NCBI RefSeq assembly: GCF_947504145.1
Contig: NZ_CANNGQ010000001.1
Span: 1,112,737 to 1,176,736 of the forward strand
Length of the DNA stretch: 64,000 bases
Source: an uncultured Microbulbifer sp.
GTDB taxonomy: Bacteria; Pseudomonadota; Gammaproteobacteria; Pseudomonadales; Cellvibrionaceae
Reading direction: 5' to 3'
Both the position numbers and the translations under genes were made by a program. Below the pieces are notes generated by a model. The model saw nothing but the letters and a program-made list of their open reading frames with translations. It was not told where the DNA came from and did not search any database. Below, piece after piece: positions 1 to 7,863 of the stretch (positions are counted from its first letter, which is position 1; each line of letters begins with the position of its first letter).

Positions 1-99
1 GATTGGAGTTTTTCTTACCATGGAAACTTCGTATGTCATTTTATTGGCGGGAATACGGGCGGGGCTGGTGTGGCCAGTAGTGACCAAACCAGCCACTGA
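1..99 (+). CDS. 3' end of a probable orphan gene cut by the window start (likely the next cassette of the polB-tail array)
   Basis: Frame 1 is open from base 1 (DWSFSYHGNFVCHFIGGNTGGAGVASSDQTSH) to TGA at 97-99. It ends just before a polB 3' copy, in the same orientation as the other cassette genes. Confidence 0.4.
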   Translation, partial: DWSFSYHGNFVCHFIGGNTGGAGVASSDQTSH

Positions 100-125
100 T
101 GGGAAGAGTAGTTAGGAATCGATTT

Positions 126-206
126 TCAGTCGGTCGCGCCAAATAGCCCCAGCTGCCCATCTACTAAAGAATCAAAATCCAGATCGATGAAGGGCAGGAT
201 GGTATC
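126..206 (-). repeat. Displaced copy 2 of the polB 3' end
   Basis: Reverse strand encodes DTILPFIDLDFDSLVDGQLGLFGATD* versus real polB DAILPFIDLDFDSLVDGQLGLFEVTD*. Manual alignment to 1844-1924 gives 71/81 identical nt. Confidence 0.95.
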
Positions 207-247
207 TTCGGCCGCTAGATTCCGAAAACGACCTTCCTCCCGATTAC

Positions 248-613
248 TCAACGTTTACCATGTATTTGATGGACGTACAAACTGCAACTGCTTGCGCTGT
301 TCGGCGTTGTATGTGGACGGCAACGAGAAACTTCCGTTGCATTCTTGTAGCGCGCGTCGATAACGCAGGAACACAAGCCCAGTTGTCTCAACAGGTTTTC
401 AATCACACCGCTCGAAACGACCGTTGCAGGGATGATGTCGTTATTGTCATCCGCCGGGCCGATTTGGGTAACTTTTTCTACCACCGCGATCACCGCCTGT
501 TGGAATTCGGACTGCGGATTTTCGTCGCGGGCAGCCAGTGCGGGGCGGAATTCAGCGAAACTGGCGAATATTCTAGCACCCGAGCAGAAATACTCATCGC
601 GCCAAATTTTGCA
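248..613 (-). pseudogene. Possible decayed or start-less ORF fragment in the cassette array
   Basis: The minus frame is open from 613 to 248 (...EFRPALAARDENPQSEFQQAVIAVVEKVTQIG...) with no ATG; the first GTG is at 493. The overlapping + ORF 260-643 reads like its antisense shadow. Confidence 0.25.
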
Positions 614-683
614 CTAACTGGCATCAATTTACGCAACTGCTAGATTAAACTGAGTTTTCCCAGACCGTTTAGAGTGGCGAAAT

Positions 684-1232
684 ATGACAATATTGCCTGG
701 TAGACCTGACGCAAATACGGGACCTGAGGCGTTTCGATTTCATAAATTAGCCCAGTCATTTCTTGCGGATCTGGGCTTTAAACTTATCAACGACCCATCA
801 GTAATAATCAGCCCCTACCAGCAAACTCAGGCCACCTACCATTCCCCTTCTGGACTCTACATTTACACAGGGTTTGAGCCCGCCGACAGCAACGGTGCCT
901 GTATCACTTTTGGGCGAAGGTGGTCAGCCGGCAAATTTGGCTACGTACTTTCAAATAATTACTCGCTGTTTGCTGCGGAACAAGGCGTTGAACTTCCAAC
1001 GTCTTACACACTCGGGTATGGAAACGAAATCGATAACACCATCCGTCAAGTATTCAGCGACGTCGAGCGTACGCTACCCGGCATGCTCAGAAACATCGAA
1101 CTCAGCACTTTGCAAACTCTGGAAGAGTTACCCGGTGGAGCAGTAGACTGGGCGACGCGTTTATTTGGGCAGCCCTACAAAGATCAGGTTGAGATCAGCA
1201 AATTTGATCAAAACCTTCTTTGCAAAGATTAA
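684..1232 (+). CDS. Hypothetical protein (cassette gene A)
   Basis: 182 aa ATG ORF preceded by a purine-rich GAGTGG. Globular composition and no overlapping longer ORF. Ends 25 bp before polB 3' copy 1. Confidence 0.7.
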   Translation: MTILPGRPDANTGPEAFRFHKLAQSFLADLGFKLINDPSVIISPYQQTQATYHSPSGLYIYTGFEPADSNGACITFGRRWSAGKFGYVLSNNYSLFAAEQGVELPTSYTLGYGNEIDNTIRQVFSDVERTLPGMLRNIELSTLQTLEELPGGAVDWATRLFGQPYKDQVEISKFDQNLLCKD

Positions 1233-1257
1233 AGTCAGGAACGTTCCGGATCGTTGC

Positions 1258-1383
1258 TCAATCACTCACCTCAAACAGACCTCGCTGCCCATCCACTAAC
1301 AAATCAAAATCGAGATCGATAAACGGAAATATGGCATCCGCCACCGGCTTCAGCTGCTTGACGATATAGTGCCGGTAATCGAT
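1258..1383 (-). repeat. Displaced copy 1 of the polB 3' end
   Basis: Reverse strand encodes IDYRHYIVKQLKPVADAIFPFIDLDFDLLVDGQRGLFEVSD* versus polB VDYQHYIDKQLKPVADAILPFIDLDFDSLVDGQLGLFEVTD*. Manual alignment to 1844-1969 gives 105/126 identical nt, with many third-position changes. Confidence 0.95.
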
Positions 1384-1428
1384 CTGTAACTGTAATGATC
1401 TTGATGACCTAAGAGTGAGTAGCGCCAC

Positions 1429-1806
1429 ATGGTAAGCAAGTCTATGTATCGTTTATTGGTTATTACTTGGATAACTCTATTTGCAGGCTGCGCGCCGCCT
1501 AATGATTCAAGCGAGATTGAGATAACCGCAGTCAACGGTTCGAAAACAGACAACAACGAAATACAGTTCTGTTCGGATTTCACGGTTTCGGTAGAATCTA
1601 CTCAAAAATTCTTCAAGAAAGCAGAGCCAATATCGCTTAAGCAATTACATGATAACTACGACTACCTACCCTGCTTCTCGTACGGAACAGCCAATGTCGG
1701 TGATGAAAGCTGTTCTTGGGAGATGAGAGCGGGAAACACCGCAGAGCTACAGTGCGGCAATACGGTACAGTACTTCGCCTGTGACATCTGCTTGAACGCT
1801 GAATAA
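1429..1806 (+). CDS. Small Cys-rich predicted lipoprotein (cassette gene B)
   Basis: Basic N-terminus, hydrophobic stretch and lipobox LFAG-C. Six further Cys, including a C-terminal CDIC. Confidence 0.75.
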   Translation: MVSKSMYRLLVITWITLFAGCAPPNDSSEIEITAVNGSKTDNNEIQFCSDFTVSVESTQKFFKKAEPISLKQLHDNYDYLPCFSYGTANVGDESCSWEMRAGNTAELQCGNTVQYFACDICLNAE

Positions 1807-1843
1807 AAACGCCGCCAAGTCCGCTTTTTCGTCATACCAATGC

Positions 1844-4225
1844 TCAATCGGTTACTTCGAACAGCCCCAGCTGCCCATCCACTAAAGAATCAAAATCCAG
1901 ATCGATGAAGGGTAGGATGGCATCGGCCACGGGCTTCAGCTGCTTGTCGATATAGTGCTGGTAATCGACTGGTGACTGGCGGTAATCCACCGGCTCCGGG
2001 CCACTGAGGGTGATCACGTAGCGGATCCAGCCCTTGTTCTGATAGCGAGGTTCGAGCCCTTGCTGGCGGCGGTGTTCATCGGCCATTCTGGCCGCGCGCA
2101 CCTGGGGCGGTATGTTCTTTACGTACTGCTCAAGCTTGCGCCGCAGCCGCTTGCGATAGACCAACTGCTCATCCATCTCCCCTACCCGGGTTTTCTCCAC
2201 CGTCTCGCGGATATAGTCGGACGGGTCGTCACCCTTAAACACCATTCCGTAGAGCTTTGTCTGGAATTGCTTGGCCAATTCCGTCCAATCGCTGCGCACG
2301 GTTTCCAGGCCCTTGAATACGAGCTTTTCCTTATCCCCATTCACCACCAGGCCCGCATAGCGCTTCTTGGAGCCCGCCTCCGAGCCGCGAATAGTGGGCA
2401 TCAAGAAGCGCTGGTAGTGGGTTTCGAATTCCAGCTCCAGTTCGCACGCCAATGCCAACTCGTCTTTGAGCTTGTTCTGCCAGCGCGTGTTGATCTCACT
2501 CGCCAGGCCATTGCCGATCGTATCTGCCTCTTCCGGGCTGGGCTTGCCACTCAGCCAGACAAACGTCGAGTCGGTATCGCCGTAGATGACCTGATGACCA
2601 AGTTCCTCAATCCAGCGCGCCGTCTGCTGCATGATCTCGTGGCCGCGCAGGGTGATGGAGCTGGCCAGGCGCGTGTCGTAGAAACGGCAGCCTCCGCTTC
2701 CCAGCACCCCATAAAATGAATTCATGATAATTTTGATCGCCTGGGAGCGGGCGGCATCCTGCGCCTGCTTGGCAATGTCGCGCTCCGCCCAGAGGTTGGT
2801 AATGATGTCTGGCAGGAAATGCTTGTCGCGGGAAAAGCGCGCGCCGCGAAAACCGGGGATGCTGTTTCCGCCCACCCAGTCCTCGCTCTCAGCCTCAGAC
2901 TCGGCCTCAGCCAATCCCTCAATCAACCCAATAGGGTCGATCTTGAAAGTGCGGATAATGCTGGGATACAGGCTCTTGAAATCCAACACCAGCACGTTGT
3001 CGTACAGGCCCGGCCGAGAGTCCATCACATAGCCGCCTGGGCTGGCCAAGCCCCCATCGGCCGGCAGGTTGGGCGCTACATAGCGGCTGCGGTGTAGCTT
3101 GGGTAAATAGAGGTTGGTAAACGCCGCCACCGAGCCGCCGCTGCGGTCGAGCTCCAGGCCCGTGAGCTGTGCCCGCAGGCGCAGGTAATCCAGCAAGCGA
3201 GTGTGCTGGTAAATATCCCAAACCAGGCGGCAGTCTTCCAGGTTGTAGGCGGCGAGCTTGGGTTTGTTGTGGCGGAAGTCGTGTTCAATCGCCGCCAGGC
3301 GGTTGTCCACGTCTTCGGTGTCCTTGCCCCGCCCCAGCAACGTCTGGGCCACAAATTCCAGGCTGAAGCTTTCGAAGTTGTAGGTGGCGTTCTTCAGTCC
3401 GTCAATGCCGTCCAACACCACCCGCCCCGGCAGCGTCACAAAGCCCTGGTTGCCTTCGCGGCCATCTCGCCAGCGGGCGTCTTTGCCACCGCGCCCCAGC
3501 TTCAGGCGCAGGCCATGGCGCCCTGCCCGTTTCACCAGCAGCCGAAAATCAAAGTCCACCACCGCCCAACCGATGATGATGTCCGGGTCCAGAGATTGGA
3601 TTCTGGCTTCCAGAGCCTGAAGTAGCGCCCGTTCGTCATCCACCCAGTGGATAGTGGTGTCGGCGGCCTCCGGATTACCGACCATCAGCACCTCTTCTAC
3701 CCCATGGCCGTATAGACCAATGGAATACAACTCACCCTGGCCTGAGCACTCCACGTCCAGAGACACCACCTTGAAATCCGGCTGCACCTCGGCGCCCTTG
3801 AGGCGGACCTGCCGATACTCTGTATAGCCCTCTTTGGCCCGGGTCACGCCTTCAAAGTAGAGGCCACCGCGCACAAAGCGCTCCATCAGGTAACGGTCGT
3901 GGAGACGAAAATCTGCTTCAAATACCTCGATACCACGAGTTTGCAGCAGTCCCTGGGCCCGGCGGTGAGCATCGATGGTGGGGAAATACAGCATGGCCGC
4001 TTCCGCGCGACCAAAGGTCTGGAAGCCCAGCTGCTGCCAGTCGTGGGGGACGCCGGCCAGCGCCTCGGTTACCTGGGGCCGATCCGCCACCTTGACCATA
4101 AAGACCGGGCGCTCACCTTCAATAACCAGCTTGACCGGGCCCTCGGGCGTGGCCAGCCAGTAGTGGATACAGGTGCTGCCGCGCTGATCAAAGCTGTGGC
4201 GGGTGAGGAGGAATCCTTGGGGCAA
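1844..4225 (-). CDS. polB: DNA polymerase II (family B)
   Basis: Exonuclease motif SLDVECS. Polymerase motifs DFKSLYPS, KIIMNSFYG and YGDTDS. C-terminal beta-clamp motif QLGLF. Confidence 0.97.
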   Translation of the reverse strand: MPQGFLLTRHSFDQRGSTCIHYWLATPEGPVKLVIEGERPVFMVKVADRPQVTEALAGVPHDWQQLGFQTFGRAEAAMLYFPTIDAHRRAQGLLQTRGIEVFEADFRLHDRYLMERFVRGGLYFEGVTRAKEGYTEYRQVRLKGAEVQPDFKVVSLDVECSGQGELYSIGLYGHGVEEVLMVGNPEAADTTIHWVDDERALLQALEARIQSLDPDIIIGWAVVDFDFRLLVKRAGRHGLRLKLGRGGKDARWRDGREGNQGFVTLPGRVVLDGIDGLKNATYNFESFSLEFVAQTLLGRGKDTEDVDNRLAAIEHDFRHNKPKLAAYNLEDCRLVWDIYQHTRLLDYLRLRAQLTGLELDRSGGSVAAFTNLYLPKLHRSRYVAPNLPADGGLASPGGYVMDSRPGLYDNVLVLDFKSLYPSIIRTFKIDPIGLIEGLAEAESEAESEDWVGGNSIPGFRGARFSRDKHFLPDIITNLWAERDIAKQAQDAARSQAIKIIMNSFYGVLGSGGCRFYDTRLASSITLRGHEIMQQTARWIEELGHQVIYGDTDSTFVWLSGKPSPEEADTIGNGLASEINTRWQNKLKDELALACELELEFETHYQRFLMPTIRGSEAGSKKRYAGLVVNGDKEKLVFKGLETVRSDWTELAKQFQTKLYGMVFKGDDPSDYIRETVEKTRVGEMDEQLVYRKRLRRKLEQYVKNIPPQVRAARMADEHRRQQGLEPRYQNKGWIRYVITLSGPEPVDYRQSPVDYQHYIDKQLKPVADAILPFIDLDFDSLVDGQLGLFEVTD

Positions 4226-4284
4226 GAGGCTGTACCGGGTTGAGGTCTGGGTTGGGAATTGTGTTGGTGATGGACGCCATTCTA

Positions 4285-4300
4285 CTGGATAAATGAACAG
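4285..4300. promoter_or_regulatory. LexA (SOS) box upstream of polB
   Basis: CTG-GATAAATGAA-CAG (CTG-N10-CAG) about 60 bp upstream of the polB start. polB/dinA is a known SOS gene in E. coli. Confidence 0.8.
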
Positions 4301-4594
4301 ATATCAGCAACATCCAGACCTGTACCAGAAGCCCCTGCGACCCTTACCAGAGCAATGATGCATTGCCATCAAATATGACAGAAGAAAATTTCTGAGACGC
4401 TCAGAGTGTGGCGACCAAAACGCGTTACCCCCATACGAAACATCCAGCGCATACCCACGCACCACAACATGCAATCAACACACATTCGTCGCGTCTGAGT
4501 ACATTTTTGGCACCTAAAGCCAGTTGCGTCTCCGTACACCGAAAAAGGCTGTATTACACTTTTTAATTCATGGGTATAAAAGGAGTTACCTCGA

Positions 4595-5377
4595 ATGAAA
4601 CGGATTTTGAAATTTTCGCCTATCCTGGCGCCATTGGCTTTGGCGCTAAGCAGTGCCGCCTCGGCGAACCCCCTCGGCTTGACCGGACCACAGGACATGA
4701 TTGTCCGGGTCGGCGGCTATTACATTGAGCCCAATGACGACCAGGTTAGCTTTGTCGACGAGACCTTCGAGTATTTCGATGCGTTCCGCTCAAACGTTGA
4801 CCCAGGTTCCGAGTGGGGCTGGTATGGGAACCTCGAGTGGAAAGCGAACAAGCATTGGGGCATCGAGCTTGGCTATATGGATGGCGACAACCATACCAGC
4901 AGTCATGCTGACGGCTTTTTCACCTTCGGCTTCGGCGATGTCGACTATCGCGACGTGGTCAGTTTTGATGCCGACATCAGCACCCTGAGCCTGAAATACT
5001 ACCCCCTGGATGAGACCTGCATGGTTCAGCCCTATATAGGCGGTGGCATTAGCTATACCGACTTCGGTGAGGGCAGTCTTAGACGTGAGCTGCGGGACGA
5101 CCTGGCAGACTTTGGTCTGCGCGGTGACTTCGATATGGGGTATGCCTGGGGCTACACCTGGCAAATGGGTATGGATTTCAATTTCGGGCGCGATAGCTCC
5201 TGGCTGGTCAACGTCGCCGCAATGTACGCCAGATCCGAGACAGATCTGCGGGTACGGGTTTTTGACGACGTACCACCGCCCTCGGATATAGACCCTATTT
5301 TTGAGTCCTATTCCGGGGACTACAGCTATGATCCCTGGATGTTCAATCTGTCAGTGGGGTACAAATTCTCTTTCTGA
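4595..5377 (+). CDS. ompW: OmpW-family outer membrane beta-barrel protein
   Basis: Signal peptide, VRVGGYYIEP, HWGIELG, QPYIGGG, C-terminal DPWMFNLSVGYKFSF. Confidence 0.85.
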   Translation: MKRILKFSPILAPLALALSSAASANPLGLTGPQDMIVRVGGYYIEPNDDQVSFVDETFEYFDAFRSNVDPGSEWGWYGNLEWKANKHWGIELGYMDGDNHTSSHADGFFTFGFGDVDYRDVVSFDADISTLSLKYYPLDETCMVQPYIGGGISYTDFGEGSLRRELRDDLADFGLRGDFDMGYAWGYTWQMGMDFNFGRDSSWLVNVAAMYARSETDLRVRVFDDVPPPSDIDPIFESYSGDYSYDPWMFNLSVGYKFSF

Positions 5378-5406
5378 CTGACGCTCGATATTCGGCAGAT
5401 TCTATT

Positions 5407-5428
5407 GGGCGCTTCGGCGCCCTTTTTT
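5407..5428 (+). terminator. Rho-independent terminator after ompW
   Basis: GGGCGC-TTCG-GCGCCC followed by TTTTTT. Confidence 0.85.
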
Positions 5429-5438
5429 GTGGACGGGA

Positions 5439-6443
5439 TCAATCAATCTGACGGCGTGCCTCATTGGACCGCCGGGTACGCGGCTCACGGACAATGTGCA
5501 CCTGCTTGCGGTTATCCGCATTCTTCTTGGAATTCTTTTCCTTTTTCTTTGGCTGCTCGTTCTTTGGTTGCTTGCGCTCCTGGCGCGGAGCTGGCTTCGC
5601 CGCAGTATTGCGTCGTTCATTTGGCGCTTTGCGCTGCGACTGGCGCTGGGGCTGGGCGCGCTGGCTTTGTGGTTTGAGTGTGTCGCGCACCGCGCGGCGA
5701 TCATTCGCTGGACGATCTACTGCAGAAACAATACGTGGGTCCCGAATACCGGTCGGCTTGCCCTCAACTTTAACTACCCTCTCGTCCCTGGTTACATTAC
5801 GACCTGGGTTGCGGCGTTCACTGCCGCGGTCTTTTCGGCGATCGTTACGGCGGTCCCCACTCCGACTATCTGCCTGGAATGCCCGCCCCTTTGGCTTGGC
5901 TACGCCAACAAACCCGTTTGCGCCGTCCCAGCCACGATTCTCGCGCTCCTCACGACGATCCTTGCCTTTCTCACGACGATCATACCGGTATGGGTTACTG
6001 TCATGCCGATCCCGCCGCTTGTAACCGTCGTCATAAGCCTGCCGGCGCGGCGGCTTGTGGTGGTGCCCTCCCGCATAACGATGGCCGTGGCGGCGCAAGC
6101 GCGTATGCCAGCGATCATTGAAATTTGCCGAGATATAAAAGTTGGGGGCGGGATGCCAACGGCCACCCCAGTGACTGGCGCTGATCCAGTGGTCATGATG
6201 CCAACGATAGTAATGCCCCTGTCGATAGAAAACGTCGCTGCGGTCGTAGAATACGTAAACACCTAGCGTATCGTCGTAGTAGCGATAGCCGGGATCGGTG
6301 ATCACTGAATAGGAGTAAACCGGAGGGGCCTCACGGACATAGGTGTTCCCGACGACCACAGGTGTAGATGGATAGGTAACACAGCCACCGAGCGTCAAAG
6401 TGATGGTGAGAGCGGCGAGTAATCGGTATGGGAGCCGGCGCAT
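5439..6443 (-). CDS. Predicted lipoprotein with Tyr/Trp/His-rich domain and long charged disordered tail
   Basis: Lipobox TLGG-C, aromatic-rich segment (GHYYRWHHDHWISASHWGGRWHP), Arg/Asp/Lys-rich low-complexity C-terminus. Confidence 0.7.
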   Translation of the reverse strand: MRRLPYRLLAALTITLTLGGCVTYPSTPVVVGNTYVREAPPVYSYSVITDPGYRYYDDTLGVYVFYDRSDVFYRQGHYYRWHHDHWISASHWGGRWHPAPNFYISANFNDRWHTRLRRHGHRYAGGHHHKPPRRQAYDDGYKRRDRHDSNPYRYDRREKGKDRREERENRGWDGANGFVGVAKPKGRAFQADSRSGDRRNDRRKDRGSERRNPGRNVTRDERVVKVEGKPTGIRDPRIVSAVDRPANDRRAVRDTLKPQSQRAQPQRQSQRKAPNERRNTAAKPAPRQERKQPKNEQPKKKEKNSKKNADNRKQVHIVREPRTRRSNEARRQID

Positions 6444-6567
6444 GGTGCGTTTTCCTTAGATTCACACCTGCTTTTTAACCCAGCGCAACTGAATCGTTGC
6501 TGAATTCACCCGAAATTGAGCAGAAAACAACCAGCACCGAGAAATGAGCACAACCACATGAAATCAG

Positions 6568-7245
6568 CTACCTTCCAGAAAGCTCAATTTTTACACGCTC
6601 ATCTTCATTAGTAATAAATGGCAACATACGACTCGCCGTCATCCATGCCACACCAAATGCCATCAATCCTGTCGCTTCGACATAGTAAGTCAGCCGCTGG
6701 GTAATACCGCTAAAGTCTACCCCCAAAATATCGAGCAACTGCACGGACATAGCGCCAACCATGGCCACTGCGCAGACCCTATAAATTAGCCCCCTAACCT
6801 TCGCTTCTTTGGAACCTTTATTTCTAGCTCTCAGGTAAAACAGCCAACAAAAAATTGCGAGGATAATGAACATTGAAATTGCCGAGGCCGTATGGACAAC
6901 CCCGGTCACCGTGGCTTCTCTAGCTGCCCCGCCATCAAACCGACCGGTAAAGCAATCGCATGGAAAAAATGCCACTGCTGCGACAGCGACTGCTGCAACT
7001 TTACTTAAGACAGCTTGAAACAAGGAATAGCCATTATACGACCAGAGAAAAGCCGATATTACGCAGAGAGAGCTAACGAATACGTTTCGGGCATTATCCG
7101 TTAAATGATATGACAGACTAATCGAGCTAATACTGACCCGAGGCGTCAGCAAGTCTGTAAAAGCCGCCAGTGACAACGCGATAAATCCCACGATAAATTT
7201 TGCCGTGTGGTGATCAATTTCTGTGTCTAGTGGTTTCCTATCCAT
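6568..7245 (-). CDS. Multi-pass membrane protein (DUF998-like)
   Basis: About six hydrophobic segments. Motifs SISLSYH, RNVFV, YNGY, FFP, VH, YYVE resemble the SISAYY-type membrane family. Confidence 0.7.
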   Translation of the reverse strand: MDRKPLDTEIDHHTAKFIVGFIALSLAAFTDLLTPRVSISSISLSYHLTDNARNVFVSSLCVISAFLWSYNGYSLFQAVLSKVAAVAVAAVAFFPCDCFTGRFDGGAAREATVTGVVHTASAISMFIILAIFCWLFYLRARNKGSKEAKVRGLIYRVCAVAMVGAMSVQLLDILGVDFSGITQRLTYYVEATGLMAFGVAWMTASRMLPFITNEDERVKIELSGR

Positions 7246-7552
7246 GAACCCAACCTCGTTTATCCGGAGTTCCCAGCAGGTGGGCGTAGTTGGTCATCAA
7301 TACCTAGGCATGTACCTGAATATCGAATTTCATTGAATACTGTTTTAGGCGATTTTGTCCTGTTCAGAACATTAGCAAACCTGACGACTGTTGCCTCGCT
7401 ATATGACATGCCGCGGAATCCCTGCAGGACCAACGCGCGGCAATCTGGCCATCAAGATTTCTCTTACCGTTTGCTATGGCCCTAGATTAATGGATGGAAA
7501 GCTCAGCGGGTGTCAATGGGTGTCACAATGTTGATCTGACCCCATTTACTAA

Positions 7553-7765
7553 CTGGTCCACAAGCAGGGGCCCTGGAAAACGTTGTAAGCACTGGAATGG
7601 GAAACTCTGAACTGGGTATTCTGGCTCAACCAGCAGCATCTCCTTGAACCCATTGGTAATATCCCGCCTGTGGAGTTTGAGGCACTATACGAACAGAGTC
7701 AGGCCGCTATTCCGCAAGCCGCTTGACTCAAACCAAATGGCCTCCGCGAAACTCGGGGCGGTTCA
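7553..7765 (+). mobile_element. IS3-family insertion sequence remnant (transposase C-terminus plus right inverted repeat)
   Basis: Translates LVHKQGPWKTL*ALEWETLNWVFWLNQQHLLEPIGNIPPVEFEALY (internal stop), typical of an IS3 OrfB tail. Followed by an IRR-like ...AAACTCGGGGCGGTTCA ending in CA at 7765. Confidence 0.85.
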
Positions 7766-7863
7766 GATTACGTTGCATAAAATTTTTACCGGAAAAGCGG
7801 GCTGAGCGACCGCATGAAAGGTACACATAGTAAGCTGCCGGCGTACACCGACTTATTACATTG

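Noticed and set aside
260-643. 127-aa + strand ORF
   Set aside because: It reads like an antisense shadow of the minus frame and has no RBS or recognisable motif.
126-1969. CRISPR or integron interpretation of the repeated sequence
   Set aside because: The repeats are diverged polB coding tails of unequal length separated by gene-sized spacers. There is no attC palindrome and no cas or intI gene in the window.
5427-6266. 279-aa + strand ORF opposite the lipoprotein
   Set aside because: Antisense of a low-complexity gene. The minus ORF has a proper lipobox and start.
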